Positions 29,561-38,868 of a stretch of 64,000 bases of DNA are shown here, one piece after another. The notes beneath the pieces were generated by a model, which did no database searches, had not been told where the DNA came from, and saw nothing but the letters and a program-made list of their open reading frames with translations. Position 1 is the stretch's first letter. The number at the start of each line of letters is the position of its first letter. Source of the stretch: a candidate division WWE3 bacterium (GTDB lineage: Bacteria; Patescibacteriota; WWE3; 2-01-FULL-39-13); contig JALWZX010000011.1 of the NCBI GenBank assembly GCA_027002375.1, positions 18,317 through 82,316 of the forward strand, in the 5' to 3' direction. The position numbers and the translations under genes are program-made.

Positions 29561-29826
29561 TAAAACATTCATCATTACCAAATTAAACACCTCCATTCCA
29601 AAACGAAATTCTATGATTCTTCTCGCTCATATCCTTCAACACGAAATACCAGCACCACTTTCAGACCCACCCTCTAAAACGAAGTGCCCCACCACCACTC
29701 GACATCAATTTCAAAACGAGACGTTTTTCACATTTACTTCTCTTTTTCCTACCCTATTGCTACAAAATTTAATTTGTGTAAAATCAAATTACAGTAAAAA
29801 ATATAAATCAAATTATAAATAACCAA

Positions 29827-30915
29827 ATGGCATACAAAACAGTTCCTACCCCAAAGATTAAAACATTTAGTAAGTTAACATTAACTTTAGTACTTTCTAT
29901 TACTATACTTTTGGCGTTAAGTTCCCATTCATTAGCACAAGAAGACACCAACACTCAAGAGCACAAACCAACGCCAGAGCTTATAAACGAAAAGCCATCT
30001 ACCAAAAATGACACAAACACTAACCAAAATAACAATCAAAAAACAGATACTCCTACGGAAGATACGGTCACAGACTCTACCACCATAGCCGTATCGCCAC
30101 CAACATTCGAGTTGGTAACAAACCCAGGCACACAAATCAAAAACACAATAAAAGTTAGTAACCCATCAGACAAGCCTATACATGTAACAACAGACATCAG
30201 AAACTTTGTGGCAGTCGGTGAAGAAGGCGCGGTAAACTTGACAGATGAAGACACAACTTATTCCCTAGCAAAATGGATAACAATAGCACCAACAAATGCA
30301 ACAATAAAACCAAAATCAACAGAAATTTTCACGTTCATAATCAACCCCCCTACGAATGCAGAACCAGGTGGCCATTTTGGCTCAATAGTATTTAGAACTG
30401 GGGGAAATCAAATCAATGAAACTGGTGCCTCAGTTGCACAAGAAGTTGCATCATTAATATTACTAAAGATAGCAGGACCTACTACAGAAAAAGCAACTCT
30501 AGAAGAATTCAAAACAACAGACTCAGTATACCAATCGATACCAATAACCTTTGAATATAAGGTAAGAAACGAAGGTAACGTTCACATTAAACCAACAGGA
30601 AAAATAACCATAACTAACATATTTGGCAAAGAAGTTGATTCATTTGCAGTTCCACCAAAAAATGTATTACCAAGTGCAACTAGAAAAACAGACGTAAATT
30701 ACGATAAAAAAGATTTGTTTGGTAAATACAATGCTACACTGGTATTAACCTATGGTGCAAACAATGAAACATTAGTTTCAAACACAATCTTTACAGTAAT
30801 TCCTGTTAAAAAGGTTGCTGTAGCACTTATAATAACTGCAATAGTCTTGTTCTTACTACTAAAAGGCCGTAAAAGAATATCGATGTCTCTAAAAGTACTA
30901 TTTGGAAAACAATAG
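29827..30915 (+). CDS. CscA/DUF916-like cell-surface protein (signal peptide + C-terminal TM anchor), paralog 2
   Basis: Signal peptide ...SSHSLAQ. Core shared with 27228-28352. C-terminal TM VAVALIITAIVLFLLL plus KGRKR. Confidence 0.55.
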   Translation: MAYKTVPTPKIKTFSKLTLTLVLSITILLALSSHSLAQEDTNTQEHKPTPELINEKPSTKNDTNTNQNNNQKTDTPTEDTVTDSTTIAVSPPTFELVTNPGTQIKNTIKVSNPSDKPIHVTTDIRNFVAVGEEGAVNLTDEDTTYSLAKWITIAPTNATIKPKSTEIFTFIINPPTNAEPGGHFGSIVFRTGGNQINETGASVAQEVASLILLKIAGPTTEKATLEEFKTTDSVYQSIPITFEYKVRNEGNVHIKPTGKITITNIFGKEVDSFAVPPKNVLPSATRKTDVNYDKKDLFGKYNATLVLTYGANNETLVSNTIFTVIPVKKVAVALIITAIVLFLLLKGRKRISMSLKVLFGKQ

Positions 30916-32239
30916 TGAAATGACCCATAAAGAACTCTATGAAATTCGCCGGGTTAAGGCCTGTGGCTTCTCATCGCTAATTATTATGTTGACCAACTCT
31001 ATCCAAGCACTAAAGTACGTGGTTTTAAGTTTGTCGATAATAAACACATTTTTATTATCTGTATTATTCACTACATCATTTTTGCTAACTTTATTTAGCA
31101 CTTTAATCACGATTTCTCCCACATCTATACACGCCCAAACACCAATAACAGTTTCATTAGACATATCAGACACAATATTAAGAATTCAAGGCTATGCGAG
31201 TCCGTATGCAAACATAACATTTATAGAAAATGAAGCAGTTATAGGCACTACTCAGGCAAATGTTTATGGGGAATTCAACAAAAATATTACATACGAAAGT
31301 GAAGGTATACACACTGTTTCATTTTATTCTACAGATCAAAACTCAAGCACATCGAGTACAATTACAATAACAGTTGCTGTATACACGCATGCCGTTACAA
31401 CCATTGAAGACATATTAATTCCACCAACGATAGATATAGATAACCCTATTCATACAACTAATTCAGAAGAAATTATCACTTTTAGTGGTCAAGCGACACC
31501 AAATACAACAATAACATTAATATCTGGGGGGCTATCGAAACAAACACAAACTCTAGTAACAGGCAACTGGAAAATTACATTTACAGGTGATCAGTTCACA
31601 ATCGGAACTCACACAGCAATTACCAAAACACAAAAGTTAAATGGCACATTAAGCGAAAATTCAAAAACTATTACTTTCAAGATTAACGAATACATCCCAC
31701 CTGAACCTGAACCAACACCTATACCTACCCCAGAAGAAACTACAGAAACATCAAAAAGCAAAAGTGATGAGACTAAGGGAAATGACGACGAAGACAAAAA
31801 AGAAGACAATACTGAGAACAAAGATACAAATATAGTTAGCAAAATCATAACTAAGATAAATGAAATAATTAACGGTAATGGCAATTCTGAGATTGAATAT
31901 TCATGCAATCTACACCCTTACTTAAAAAACTTTGACTATAATGGAAATTGTTTCATACCACATCGAACAGAAGAATTCGTAAACACTGTAACATACTGGA
32001 CTAAAAACTGGCGTGAAACAACAACCGCCATAAAGGGCTTCTTCGCAAACATTAATGCAGGTGAAAATTTAGACAACCTATCACCAAACGAAAAGCAAAA
32101 ATTAGAAAAAGAGATTAAACGATGTGACCTTGACAACGACAATTTATGCACACTTAAAGACTTTTCGATACTATTATATTATACTAATAACATCGAAGTT
32201 ACAGTTCAAACTGACAAAAGTCAGGATATAAGAAATTAG
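30902..32239 (+). CDS. surface protein with Ig-like N-terminal region, P/T/E/D-rich linker and C-terminal Cys-containing domain
   Basis: Hydrophobic leader. The start may be the internal Met near 30986; the 5' end lies inside a repeat element. Ig-like TIDIDNPIHTTNSEEIITFSGQATPNTTITLISGG. Linker PEPEPTPIPTPEETTE. Four-Cys C-terminal domain. Confidence 0.5.
   Translation: MENNSEMTHKELYEIRRVKACGFSSLIIMLTNSIQALKYVVLSLSIINTFLLSVLFTTSFLLTLFSTLITISPTSIHAQTPITVSLDISDTILRIQGYASPYANITFIENEAVIGTTQANVYGEFNKNITYESEGIHTVSFYSTDQNSSTSSTITITVAVYTHAVTTIEDILIPPTIDIDNPIHTTNSEEIITFSGQATPNTTITLISGGLSKQTQTLVTGNWKITFTGDQFTIGTHTAITKTQKLNGTLSENSKTITFKINEYIPPEPEPTPIPTPEETTETSKSKSDETKGNDDEDKKEDNTENKDTNIVSKIITKINEIINGNGNSEIEYSCNLHPYLKNFDYNGNCFIPHRTEEFVNTVTYWTKNWRETTTAIKGFFANINAGENLDNLSPNEKQKLEKEIKRCDLDNDNLCTLKDFSILLYYTNNIEVTVQTDKSQDIRN
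30947..31047 (+). repeat. MITE-like interspersed repeat, copy 2
   Basis: GGCTTCTCATCGCTAATTATTATGTTGACCAACTCTATCCAAGCACTAAAGTACGTGGTTTTAAGTTTGTCGATAATAAA. Confidence 0.6.
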
Positions 32240-32246
32240 TGGAACA

Positions 32247-32278
32247 CCGACAGCTTATGCAGTCGGCATTTTGCGTTT
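32247..32278 (+). terminator. terminator-like hairpin (CCGACAGC-ttat-GCAGTCGG) + TTTTG
   Basis: Located 8 nt after the stop of 30902-32239. The same hairpin plus T-run is repeated after groEL at 60634. Confidence 0.55.
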
Positions 32279-32337
32279 ATCTCGCCAAAGCTGGTTAGGC
32301 TACGCAAAACAATCTCATCTGATTGTTTACACAATCA
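32247..32337 (+). repeat. terminator-associated structured element B, copy 1 (~90 nt, three hairpins)
   Basis: CCGACAGCTTATGCAGTCGGCATTTTGCGTTTATCTCGCCAAAGCTGG...TACGCAAAACAATCTCATCTGATTGTTTACACAATCA. Confidence 0.55.
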
Positions 32338-32364
32338 TGTTGAAGTTATGAATAGTAAAATATA

Positions 32365-33504
32365 ATGAAAATACATGGTTTATCTTTAGCATTAAAAATA
32401 GCAATAATACTGATCGGCTCATGGCTCTTAATACATGGTTTAGCTTCTTTGGGAACCTTTTTAGCGCTAGCCTACCCAATCTGGTGGATACTAGCTCCAA
32501 AAAAAACGTATTGCATAGCATGTCGTGCGCAAAAAGAATCTGGCTACTGTAGCTTTTGCGAAGAACCAATAAAACCACGCCAACTATATCCAAAGAACTT
32601 AAGATCTGCCATATTGAATGCAATAACGATACTATTTCTTTCTTTATTTTCTATATTTGTCGTTTATATAGAATCACAAATAATTCAAAAAGTAATAAAT
32701 ATTAACACAGAAAAAACTGTAACATTCTCAATTAATGACAAAGGCCAATATAAAATGGGTGAGATATTTTCTATGGATATAGAGATAAGCGGTGTTCAAA
32801 AACCAGTAAACGCAATACGTGCAGACGTACAATTTGATCCAAAAAGACTAGAAGTAGTAAACATATCAACAGAAAATTCGTTCGCAGATATATTCATACA
32901 AAAAGAATATGACAATGAAAAAGGGTTCGCACGGTTAACTGGTGGTCTACCTAACCCAGGCTACAATGGCAACAAAGGTCTATTCGGTACTATCTACTTT
33001 AAATCTAAAAAAGCGGGTTTAACAGAGGTAAAATTTTTACCGACATCATTAGTCCTAGCAAACGATGGTCATGGTACAAACATATTAAAAGCACCGGAAT
33101 CAGCATTGTTTTTAATACTGCCCGAAACGATTTCCGCATACGAATCAAAGAAACAAGAAGTTATATTAAAACCATTAGTATTGGGAACTCAAACCGATAA
33201 GACAAAAGATCAACTACATCTTTACGATACTAAAACACACGATATCTCATCATCAGTCTTGGGAATGCAAGTAGAGCAACTAGACGAAAACGCTAAAAAC
33301 ACAGATCAAACCTCAGGCACACAAAATCAACAGGCAAATCAAAGTGAAAAGAATACCTATAAAAAAACTACGCGAACAAAGACAAAACAATTAGCACAGG
33401 TCACGCAAGACAATCAAACAGAAGAACAAAATATATTACAAAAAATACTAACCTACCTACATAAAATCGATATTTTTATATTAAGTATCTGGCAAATATT
33501 TTAG
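32365..33504 (+). CDS. membrane protein with zinc-ribbon (CxxC...CxxC) loop and cohesin-like domain
   Basis: Two N-terminal TMs flank CIACRAQ...CSFCEE. Cohesin-like beta-sandwich motif (VNAIRADVQFDPKRLEVVNIST...GLFGTIYFKSKKAGLTEVKF). Q/T/N-rich tail. Confidence 0.5.
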   Translation: MKIHGLSLALKIAIILIGSWLLIHGLASLGTFLALAYPIWWILAPKKTYCIACRAQKESGYCSFCEEPIKPRQLYPKNLRSAILNAITILFLSLFSIFVVYIESQIIQKVININTEKTVTFSINDKGQYKMGEIFSMDIEISGVQKPVNAIRADVQFDPKRLEVVNISTENSFADIFIQKEYDNEKGFARLTGGLPNPGYNGNKGLFGTIYFKSKKAGLTEVKFLPTSLVLANDGHGTNILKAPESALFLILPETISAYESKKQEVILKPLVLGTQTDKTKDQLHLYDTKTHDISSSVLGMQVEQLDENAKNTDQTSGTQNQQANQSEKNTYKKTTRTKTKQLAQVTQDNQTEEQNILQKILTYLHKIDIFILSIWQIF

Positions 33505-33587
33505 GCAGTTTGCGCTGTATTAAATGTGTACGCAAAATCTACAGCACTAGCGCCTTCTCTATTCTCACAACATGCTCTCTACCTTAA

Positions 33588-33680
33588 AGATAAAACTCCA
33601 CTGGATAATGCCCGCGGTTTCGCATCGCTAATTATTATATTGGCTAACTCCAACCACGCGCTAGTTTGGGAAACTCAGAA
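33588..33680 (+). repeat. MITE-like interspersed repeat, copy 3 (3' end divergent)
   Basis: GGTTTCGCATCGCTAATTATTATATTGGCTAACTCCAACCACGCGCTAGTTTGGGAAACTC. Explains the spurious ORF 33526-33717. Confidence 0.5.
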
Positions 33681-36600
33681 AATTTTTGTATCCTTCTCAT
33701 CTTTATATATCACATAATACAAAACTGGTATAAAAAGAAGCATAACAGTACCTGAAAATAGCAGTCCAGAAATAATAGCTCCACCTAAACCTCTCCAAAC
33801 TGGGTCAGAAATAGTTATGGGAATCAACCCCATTAATGTAGTTAATGAGCTTAATGCAATTGGCTCTAGCCTGCTTGCCGATGCATCAGAAATTGCTTCT
33901 TTTAGTTTCATGCCAGCAAACTCATTTTGCTTAATTTTCTCTACCAACATTATAGAATTGTTAACAACAATTCCAAACAAAGCCAATAAACCAATCAACG
34001 CAGGAAACGACAAAGGCGTGCCAGTTAAAGCAAATATAACAAACACTCCTGAGATCGCCAAGGGTATTACCATAAAAACAATAAAAGATTTTCTAAATGA
34101 TCCTAATTGAATAACCATTGTAATTATTATCAAGATCGCAGATATTATCATTGCTTCTATTATAGATTTAACAGACTTCTTATTCTCTTCATTTGCTCCA
34201 CCTGTTTTCCAAGTGTAGCCTTTTTCTAGTCCTAGTTCGGTAGAAGCATATTTTTCTACTTGTTTATTCAATGTAGGTGCAGAATACCCATCTGCCACAG
34301 AAGCTGTAACATACACTACCCTTTCGCCGTCTTCATGTGTTATATCAAATGGGTTTTCTTTTAACGTAATAACACCGAGAGATGATATTGGCATATATCC
34401 GCTTTTGGTTGGAATATAAATTCTATCTATATCTTCTGGTGTTTGAACATCAGTAGACGTTTTTAACACTATATCTTCATCATCAATGTAAACTGTATCA
34501 ATTGTTCCTAAATTAAAACCACTTGCAAAAGTTCTCAACCAAAACCCTACTTCTTTATTTGTTAATCCTAATTCACGCAATTTAGCTTCATTTGGCACGA
34601 AAGTTATCTTTCCTAAAGACGATTTGGCAGATTTTTCGGCATCATAAACACCTTGCATCATATTCATATAATTGACCAACTTATCAGCATAGCTATTAAC
34701 CTTATCTAAATCATCACCCAAAACCCTAATCTCTAAATCTGCGCCAACAGGTGGTCCACCAGAAATTTCTTTAACAGCAATATCACCAGCCGAAAAATCT
34801 GCCAACTTACCACGAAACGTTTCTGCTATCTCAAATGATGTTTCACCTCTCATATCACTATCTACGAGTTTCACAGAAATCAAAGCCTCATTAGATGACC
34901 CACCCCCGACAGACAGCATCGACTCAGCAAAAACCTTACCTACTTCAACAACCATATATTTTCCAACCTTTTTATACTCGGGCATACTCCTTAATTCGTT
35001 AGCCACTTTAAATGCACTTTCTCTAGTAATATCTAACTTTGTTCCAGATGGCATGGTTAATTGCACATATACAACGTCTTCATCTTTTTTGGGAAATAAT
35101 TCGTTCTCAACAAATCCCATCGGCACGAGTAAATACGAAAACAACGAGAACCCTAACACAACAACTAGCACCGTAACCCACGACTTTTTATTATTTAATA
35201 TCTTTTCAATAAACACTTTGTAATATTGGGAAATACCACCCAAATCTATAAACCCAACGGATATTTTATGTGAAATCCAACCAAGATATTTGTTCTTTTC
35301 AAGTCTATTAGTAAAATTTCGTAAAACAGTCACTATATCGCTACTACCATAGTCGTTTGAATTTGCATTAATATTTTTATCATCTTTAGAGTTGGCTTTT
35401 GAATTCATGTCAGAACTGCCTGAATCACCAGAGTTAACCCTTGAATTCTCCCTGTTAAAATTCGTGTCTTTCTTGATAAACAACCTAAACACAGCAACAA
35501 GCAAAATGTAAACCAAAAGAACAAATGGCAACATAATGCTTTTACCGACGAAAATACCAAGTAGAATTCCAATAAATAAAATAATCGAACTGTAAGCAAA
35601 CAACTTAACCCTGTCAGGCAATCGTGGCTTTAGAAAAATAATCATCAATGGTAGCGTAACAAGCACTGCAACGCTTGTTGATGCTAATAAAGTAGTAGAC
35701 ACGACAATGGGAATCGATTTTATAAATGACCCAATTACTCCTGTTGACAACAGCAAAGGTAAAAATGCCCACACAGTAGTTAATGTAGTTGTCCAAATTG
35801 GAACTATAAAATCACGCCAAACCAATGCACCTGTTTGCCTTTCATCAAACTTTCCTGTTCTGTGGTACCTTGTCATCGCAGAAACAATAACAATCGCATC
35901 GTCAACAACCAAACCAAGAGCCAACAACAACGAAAACATCGTCAAAAAGTTTAATGACAACCCAGCAAATTTCATAACAGCAAAAGCAATCAAGAATGTT
36001 AACGGAATACTAAATGAAGCTACACTGGCCTGTCGAATTCCCAGAAATACAACTAAAACAATAAATACTAATAAGAGAGTCATAATAAAATTACTGGACA
36101 ATGTGTCGAATTGATCTGCTATTAAATTCGCCGAATTATCAATGTCTGCAACTGTAAAACTACCATCGTATTCTGCTAGAGTAGAGTCGACAACCTCTTT
36201 AATATCATAATAAGTATCTTCAACCGGCTGATTTATTCTTTTATAAACACTAAAACTAACGGCACGACTAGCCTCGCCATTTTCTCCTATAACATATGTC
36301 GCCGTAATTTGATCTTTTGGCGCTTCAACAACATCTGCCACATCAGACAGAACAACTTGCGCAGGCGTACTAGGCATTGGCGATTCAGCAACTTCAATAG
36401 AATTAGCCGGGTCAACAACTCTTTGTGTAGCTCCTAAATCTAAAACCATATTTCTAATGTCATCGACACTAACAATGGTAGAATCTAGTGTTACCGAAAA
36501 GGAATTTCTACCAGTCTCTACACTACCAGCTGGATAACTTTTTAATTGGGAATCAATCAAAGATGCAAGTTGAGCCGGGTTCAAATTGTATTGTTGCAAT

Positions 36601-37229
36601 TTCTCTAAATCTACAACAATCTGAACCTCTAAAACTTCTTCACCATTAAGCTCCACCCTATCAACTTTTGGTAAATTCTCAATTTCATCAGACAAATTAC
36701 TAACCAATGTCATAAGAGACGCATCATCTTTATCAGTCAAAAGCGCAAATGTCCAAATAGGCACATCTTCAAAATCAATCCGCATGACCTTTGAATCTAA
36801 AGCGTCATCAGGCAGGTTATTAACAGAATCAACCGCTTGCTGAACATCTGTAACGGCTTTATCAGGGTCAAACTTAGATTCAAACTGTACTTTTATAATA
36901 GATAAATTTTCTTTTGATGTGGAACTCACACTTTCGATTCCATCTATAGACAGAATTTCTTTTTCAAGCGAGTTTGTAAGAAGAGTTTCAACATCTTCAG
37001 GGCCAGCACCAGGTAAAACTGTTGTAACAATAACAATAGGAATCTTAATTTCAGGCATAAAACGCCTAGAAAGTTCTTTATAGCTATAAATTCCCAATAT
37101 TAAGATACTTAAAATAAGCAAAATTACAAATCTAATATTCGTTATATATTTATAGAAAAACTTCTTTTCTAGTCCTGAATCATATCTTAATTGTTGTAAA
37201 TATTTAGAATCACTATCATTTCTTTTCAT
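33675..37229 (-). CDS. RND-superfamily efflux transporter permease (AcrB/MMPL-like) with inserted low-complexity loop
   Basis: AcrB-type N-terminus (IPIVIVTTVLPGAGPEDVE...). 12-TM two-repeat architecture. N/S/D-rich ~70-aa insertion. Confidence 0.8.
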   Translation of the reverse strand: MKRNDSDSKYLQQLRYDSGLEKKFFYKYITNIRFVILLILSILILGIYSYKELSRRFMPEIKIPIVIVTTVLPGAGPEDVETLLTNSLEKEILSIDGIESVSSTSKENLSIIKVQFESKFDPDKAVTDVQQAVDSVNNLPDDALDSKVMRIDFEDVPIWTFALLTDKDDASLMTLVSNLSDEIENLPKVDRVELNGEEVLEVQIVVDLEKLQQYNLNPAQLASLIDSQLKSYPAGSVETGRNSFSVTLDSTIVSVDDIRNMVLDLGATQRVVDPANSIEVAESPMPSTPAQVVLSDVADVVEAPKDQITATYVIGENGEASRAVSFSVYKRINQPVEDTYYDIKEVVDSTLAEYDGSFTVADIDNSANLIADQFDTLSSNFIMTLLLVFIVLVVFLGIRQASVASFSIPLTFLIAFAVMKFAGLSLNFLTMFSLLLALGLVVDDAIVIVSAMTRYHRTGKFDERQTGALVWRDFIVPIWTTTLTTVWAFLPLLLSTGVIGSFIKSIPIVVSTTLLASTSVAVLVTLPLMIIFLKPRLPDRVKLFAYSSIILFIGILLGIFVGKSIMLPFVLLVYILLVAVFRLFIKKDTNFNRENSRVNSGDSGSSDMNSKANSKDDKNINANSNDYGSSDIVTVLRNFTNRLEKNKYLGWISHKISVGFIDLGGISQYYKVFIEKILNNKKSWVTVLVVVLGFSLFSYLLVPMGFVENELFPKKDEDVVYVQLTMPSGTKLDITRESAFKVANELRSMPEYKKVGKYMVVEVGKVFAESMLSVGGGSSNEALISVKLVDSDMRGETSFEIAETFRGKLADFSAGDIAVKEISGGPPVGADLEIRVLGDDLDKVNSYADKLVNYMNMMQGVYDAEKSAKSSLGKITFVPNEAKLRELGLTNKEVGFWLRTFASGFNLGTIDTVYIDDEDIVLKTSTDVQTPEDIDRIYIPTKSGYMPISSLGVITLKENPFDITHEDGERVVYVTASVADGYSAPTLNKQVEKYASTELGLEKGYTWKTGGANEENKKSVKSIIEAMIISAILIIITMVIQLGSFRKSFIVFMVIPLAISGVFVIFALTGTPLSFPALIGLLALFGIVVNNSIMLVEKIKQNEFAGMKLKEAISDASASRLEPIALSSLTTLMGLIPITISDPVWRGLGGAIISGLLFSGTVMLLFIPVLYYVIYKDEKDTKIF

Positions 37230-37306
37230 TTTAAAATTGAAAGAGAGTTAAACTAACTATATTGCTTGAATTACAGGCATAGAGAATTTCATGCGTCGAA
37301 AAAGCC

Positions 37307-38710
37307 TCACTTCACACATATTCCTACGCCATCTTCGCTAACAACTTTATCACCTTCTACAACATTTCTGTTCATAATCACAGATTCATCATTAGCCAAC
37401 CCACTATAAATATAAGCAAACTCCCCATAAAGCGGGCCAAGTTCAATCTTTTTACTCTTTGCAATACAATCATCACCAATAAGTAGAACATATGCTCCAT
37501 CTTGTGTGTTATGAATAGCATCAATAGGAATATAAACACCTTCTGAATTCCCCGTATCATTTGCATAACCTAGAGGCACCTTAACCATAACAAATTCTTT
37601 GTTGCCCAAGATCGCATTATATTGCTCTGGTATATCATACAAAATTGAATAAAGAGTTCCACGTGTAGCCTCATTAGAAACAAAACTAGGCAGAACTTCA
37701 AAACTGTCATTATCTAAACTAATAATACTTGGCGATGTGGCAGAAACATTTTTTGCAGTGTTTTTTGAAACATAAGCAGTTGCTGTAATATCAGATGAAT
37801 CACCTAGTATTGTAGCAATTGGCGTTCCTGGGGAAACAAGTTGACCCTTTTTTATGAAAACTTGTTGAACAACACCAGTAAAAGGTGAAGCTGGATACAA
37901 AAGTGATTCTTGAATTTTAGCTAAATCGAGCTGTAATTTTAAAATTTCATGGTTTAAATCTAACGCCTTTTCTTGTACGTTAATTTGTTCAATTGTAGCG
38001 TCTTTTTGTAGCTCAGAAAGTTTGCTTGGTGGGTTATTTTTATCAGTTTGGTACTCTAATTGTCGCAAACCAGATTTCGCATTTTCAAGAGAAGCCTTAA
38101 ATTGTGCCCGTGACATTTGCATAGTTAAATCACCAGTTGCATCTATGATTTGATCCAACTGCGCTAAGATTTCCTCATTATAACTTATTAAATCTTTAGT
38201 GCCCTCTATCGATTTTTTATTAATCTCAGCTAATTCATCGGAGTTCTCGTCAGCTAAATTTGCAATATCTTTTTGTTTTTTCAGCAAATCTTTTTGGTCA
38301 TTATATGTTGCCTCAAAATTCTCGTACTGTTTTTGGGCAAGCTGTCTAGAAACAGTTTGCGCACTTGCACCTTGATAATTAGAAGACAAGCCTGCGAGCC
38401 AATTACCACGCTTGACAGCTTGCCCCTCATTCACGTAAATCTTCTGCACTACACCACCAGTTTGTGCTACGACAGTAACAACTCCGGCTTTATCAATTTG
38501 TGCTTGCACTTTTATATATGGAAATTTGCCGACTTTATACAGTTCAACCGATTTACTAATAGATTCACTGGTATTTATATGTTTTGTTTGGTTCTCGTGT
38601 TTAATTTGTCTAGAAACAACTAATAAACCCAACAAGACGGTTAAGAGAATAAAAAAAGAAACTATTGTATAGTTACCTATAAAATTTGTAAATCGCTTAA
38701 GAACATTCAT
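37307..38710 (-). CDS. efflux RND periplasmic adaptor (HlyD/membrane-fusion protein family)
   Basis: N-terminal TM, lipoyl-like hairpin (VVQKIYVNEGQAVKRGNWLAGL), long coiled coil, beta-barrel (FTGVVQQVFIKKGQLVSPGTPIATI). The start is chosen at the Met at 38710, because the ORF-track start at 38830 reads through a repeat element. Confidence 0.7.
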   Translation of the reverse strand: MNVLKRFTNFIGNYTIVSFFILLTVLLGLLVVSRQIKHENQTKHINTSESISKSVELYKVGKFPYIKVQAQIDKAGVVTVVAQTGGVVQKIYVNEGQAVKRGNWLAGLSSNYQGASAQTVSRQLAQKQYENFEATYNDQKDLLKKQKDIANLADENSDELAEINKKSIEGTKDLISYNEEILAQLDQIIDATGDLTMQMSRAQFKASLENAKSGLRQLEYQTDKNNPPSKLSELQKDATIEQINVQEKALDLNHEILKLQLDLAKIQESLLYPASPFTGVVQQVFIKKGQLVSPGTPIATILGDSSDITATAYVSKNTAKNVSATSPSIISLDNDSFEVLPSFVSNEATRGTLYSILYDIPEQYNAILGNKEFVMVKVPLGYANDTGNSEGVYIPIDAIHNTQDGAYVLLIGDDCIAKSKKIELGPLYGEFAYIYSGLANDESVIMNRNVVEGDKVVSEDGVGICVK

Positions 38711-38796
38711 ATCTAATGAAATATAGCGTAATCGGATAACAATAGCAATATTACTTAAATCATAATCATACAAATTAAACTCCTCGAGCTGAAACC

Positions 38797-38868
38797 CGTT
38801 AGTTTTATCGCTAATTATGGCTAACTCCATTTACGCATTAAAGTGCGGGTTATGAGATTGGCGACAAT
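38797..38868 (+). repeat. MITE-like interspersed repeat, copy 4 (short form)
   Basis: TTATCGCTAATTATGGCTAACTCCATTTACGCATTAAAGTGCGGGTTATGAGATTGGCGACAATAAT. Lies between two minus-strand genes. Confidence 0.55.

Noticed and set aside
29613-29822. 69-aa ORF between surface genes
   Set aside because: No RBS and no motifs. It lies in the terminator and intergenic region.
33526-33717. 63-aa ORF
   Set aside because: Its sequence (…SLIIILANSNHALV…) is the translation of MITE-like repeat copy 3. The same peptide appears wherever the repeat is read through.
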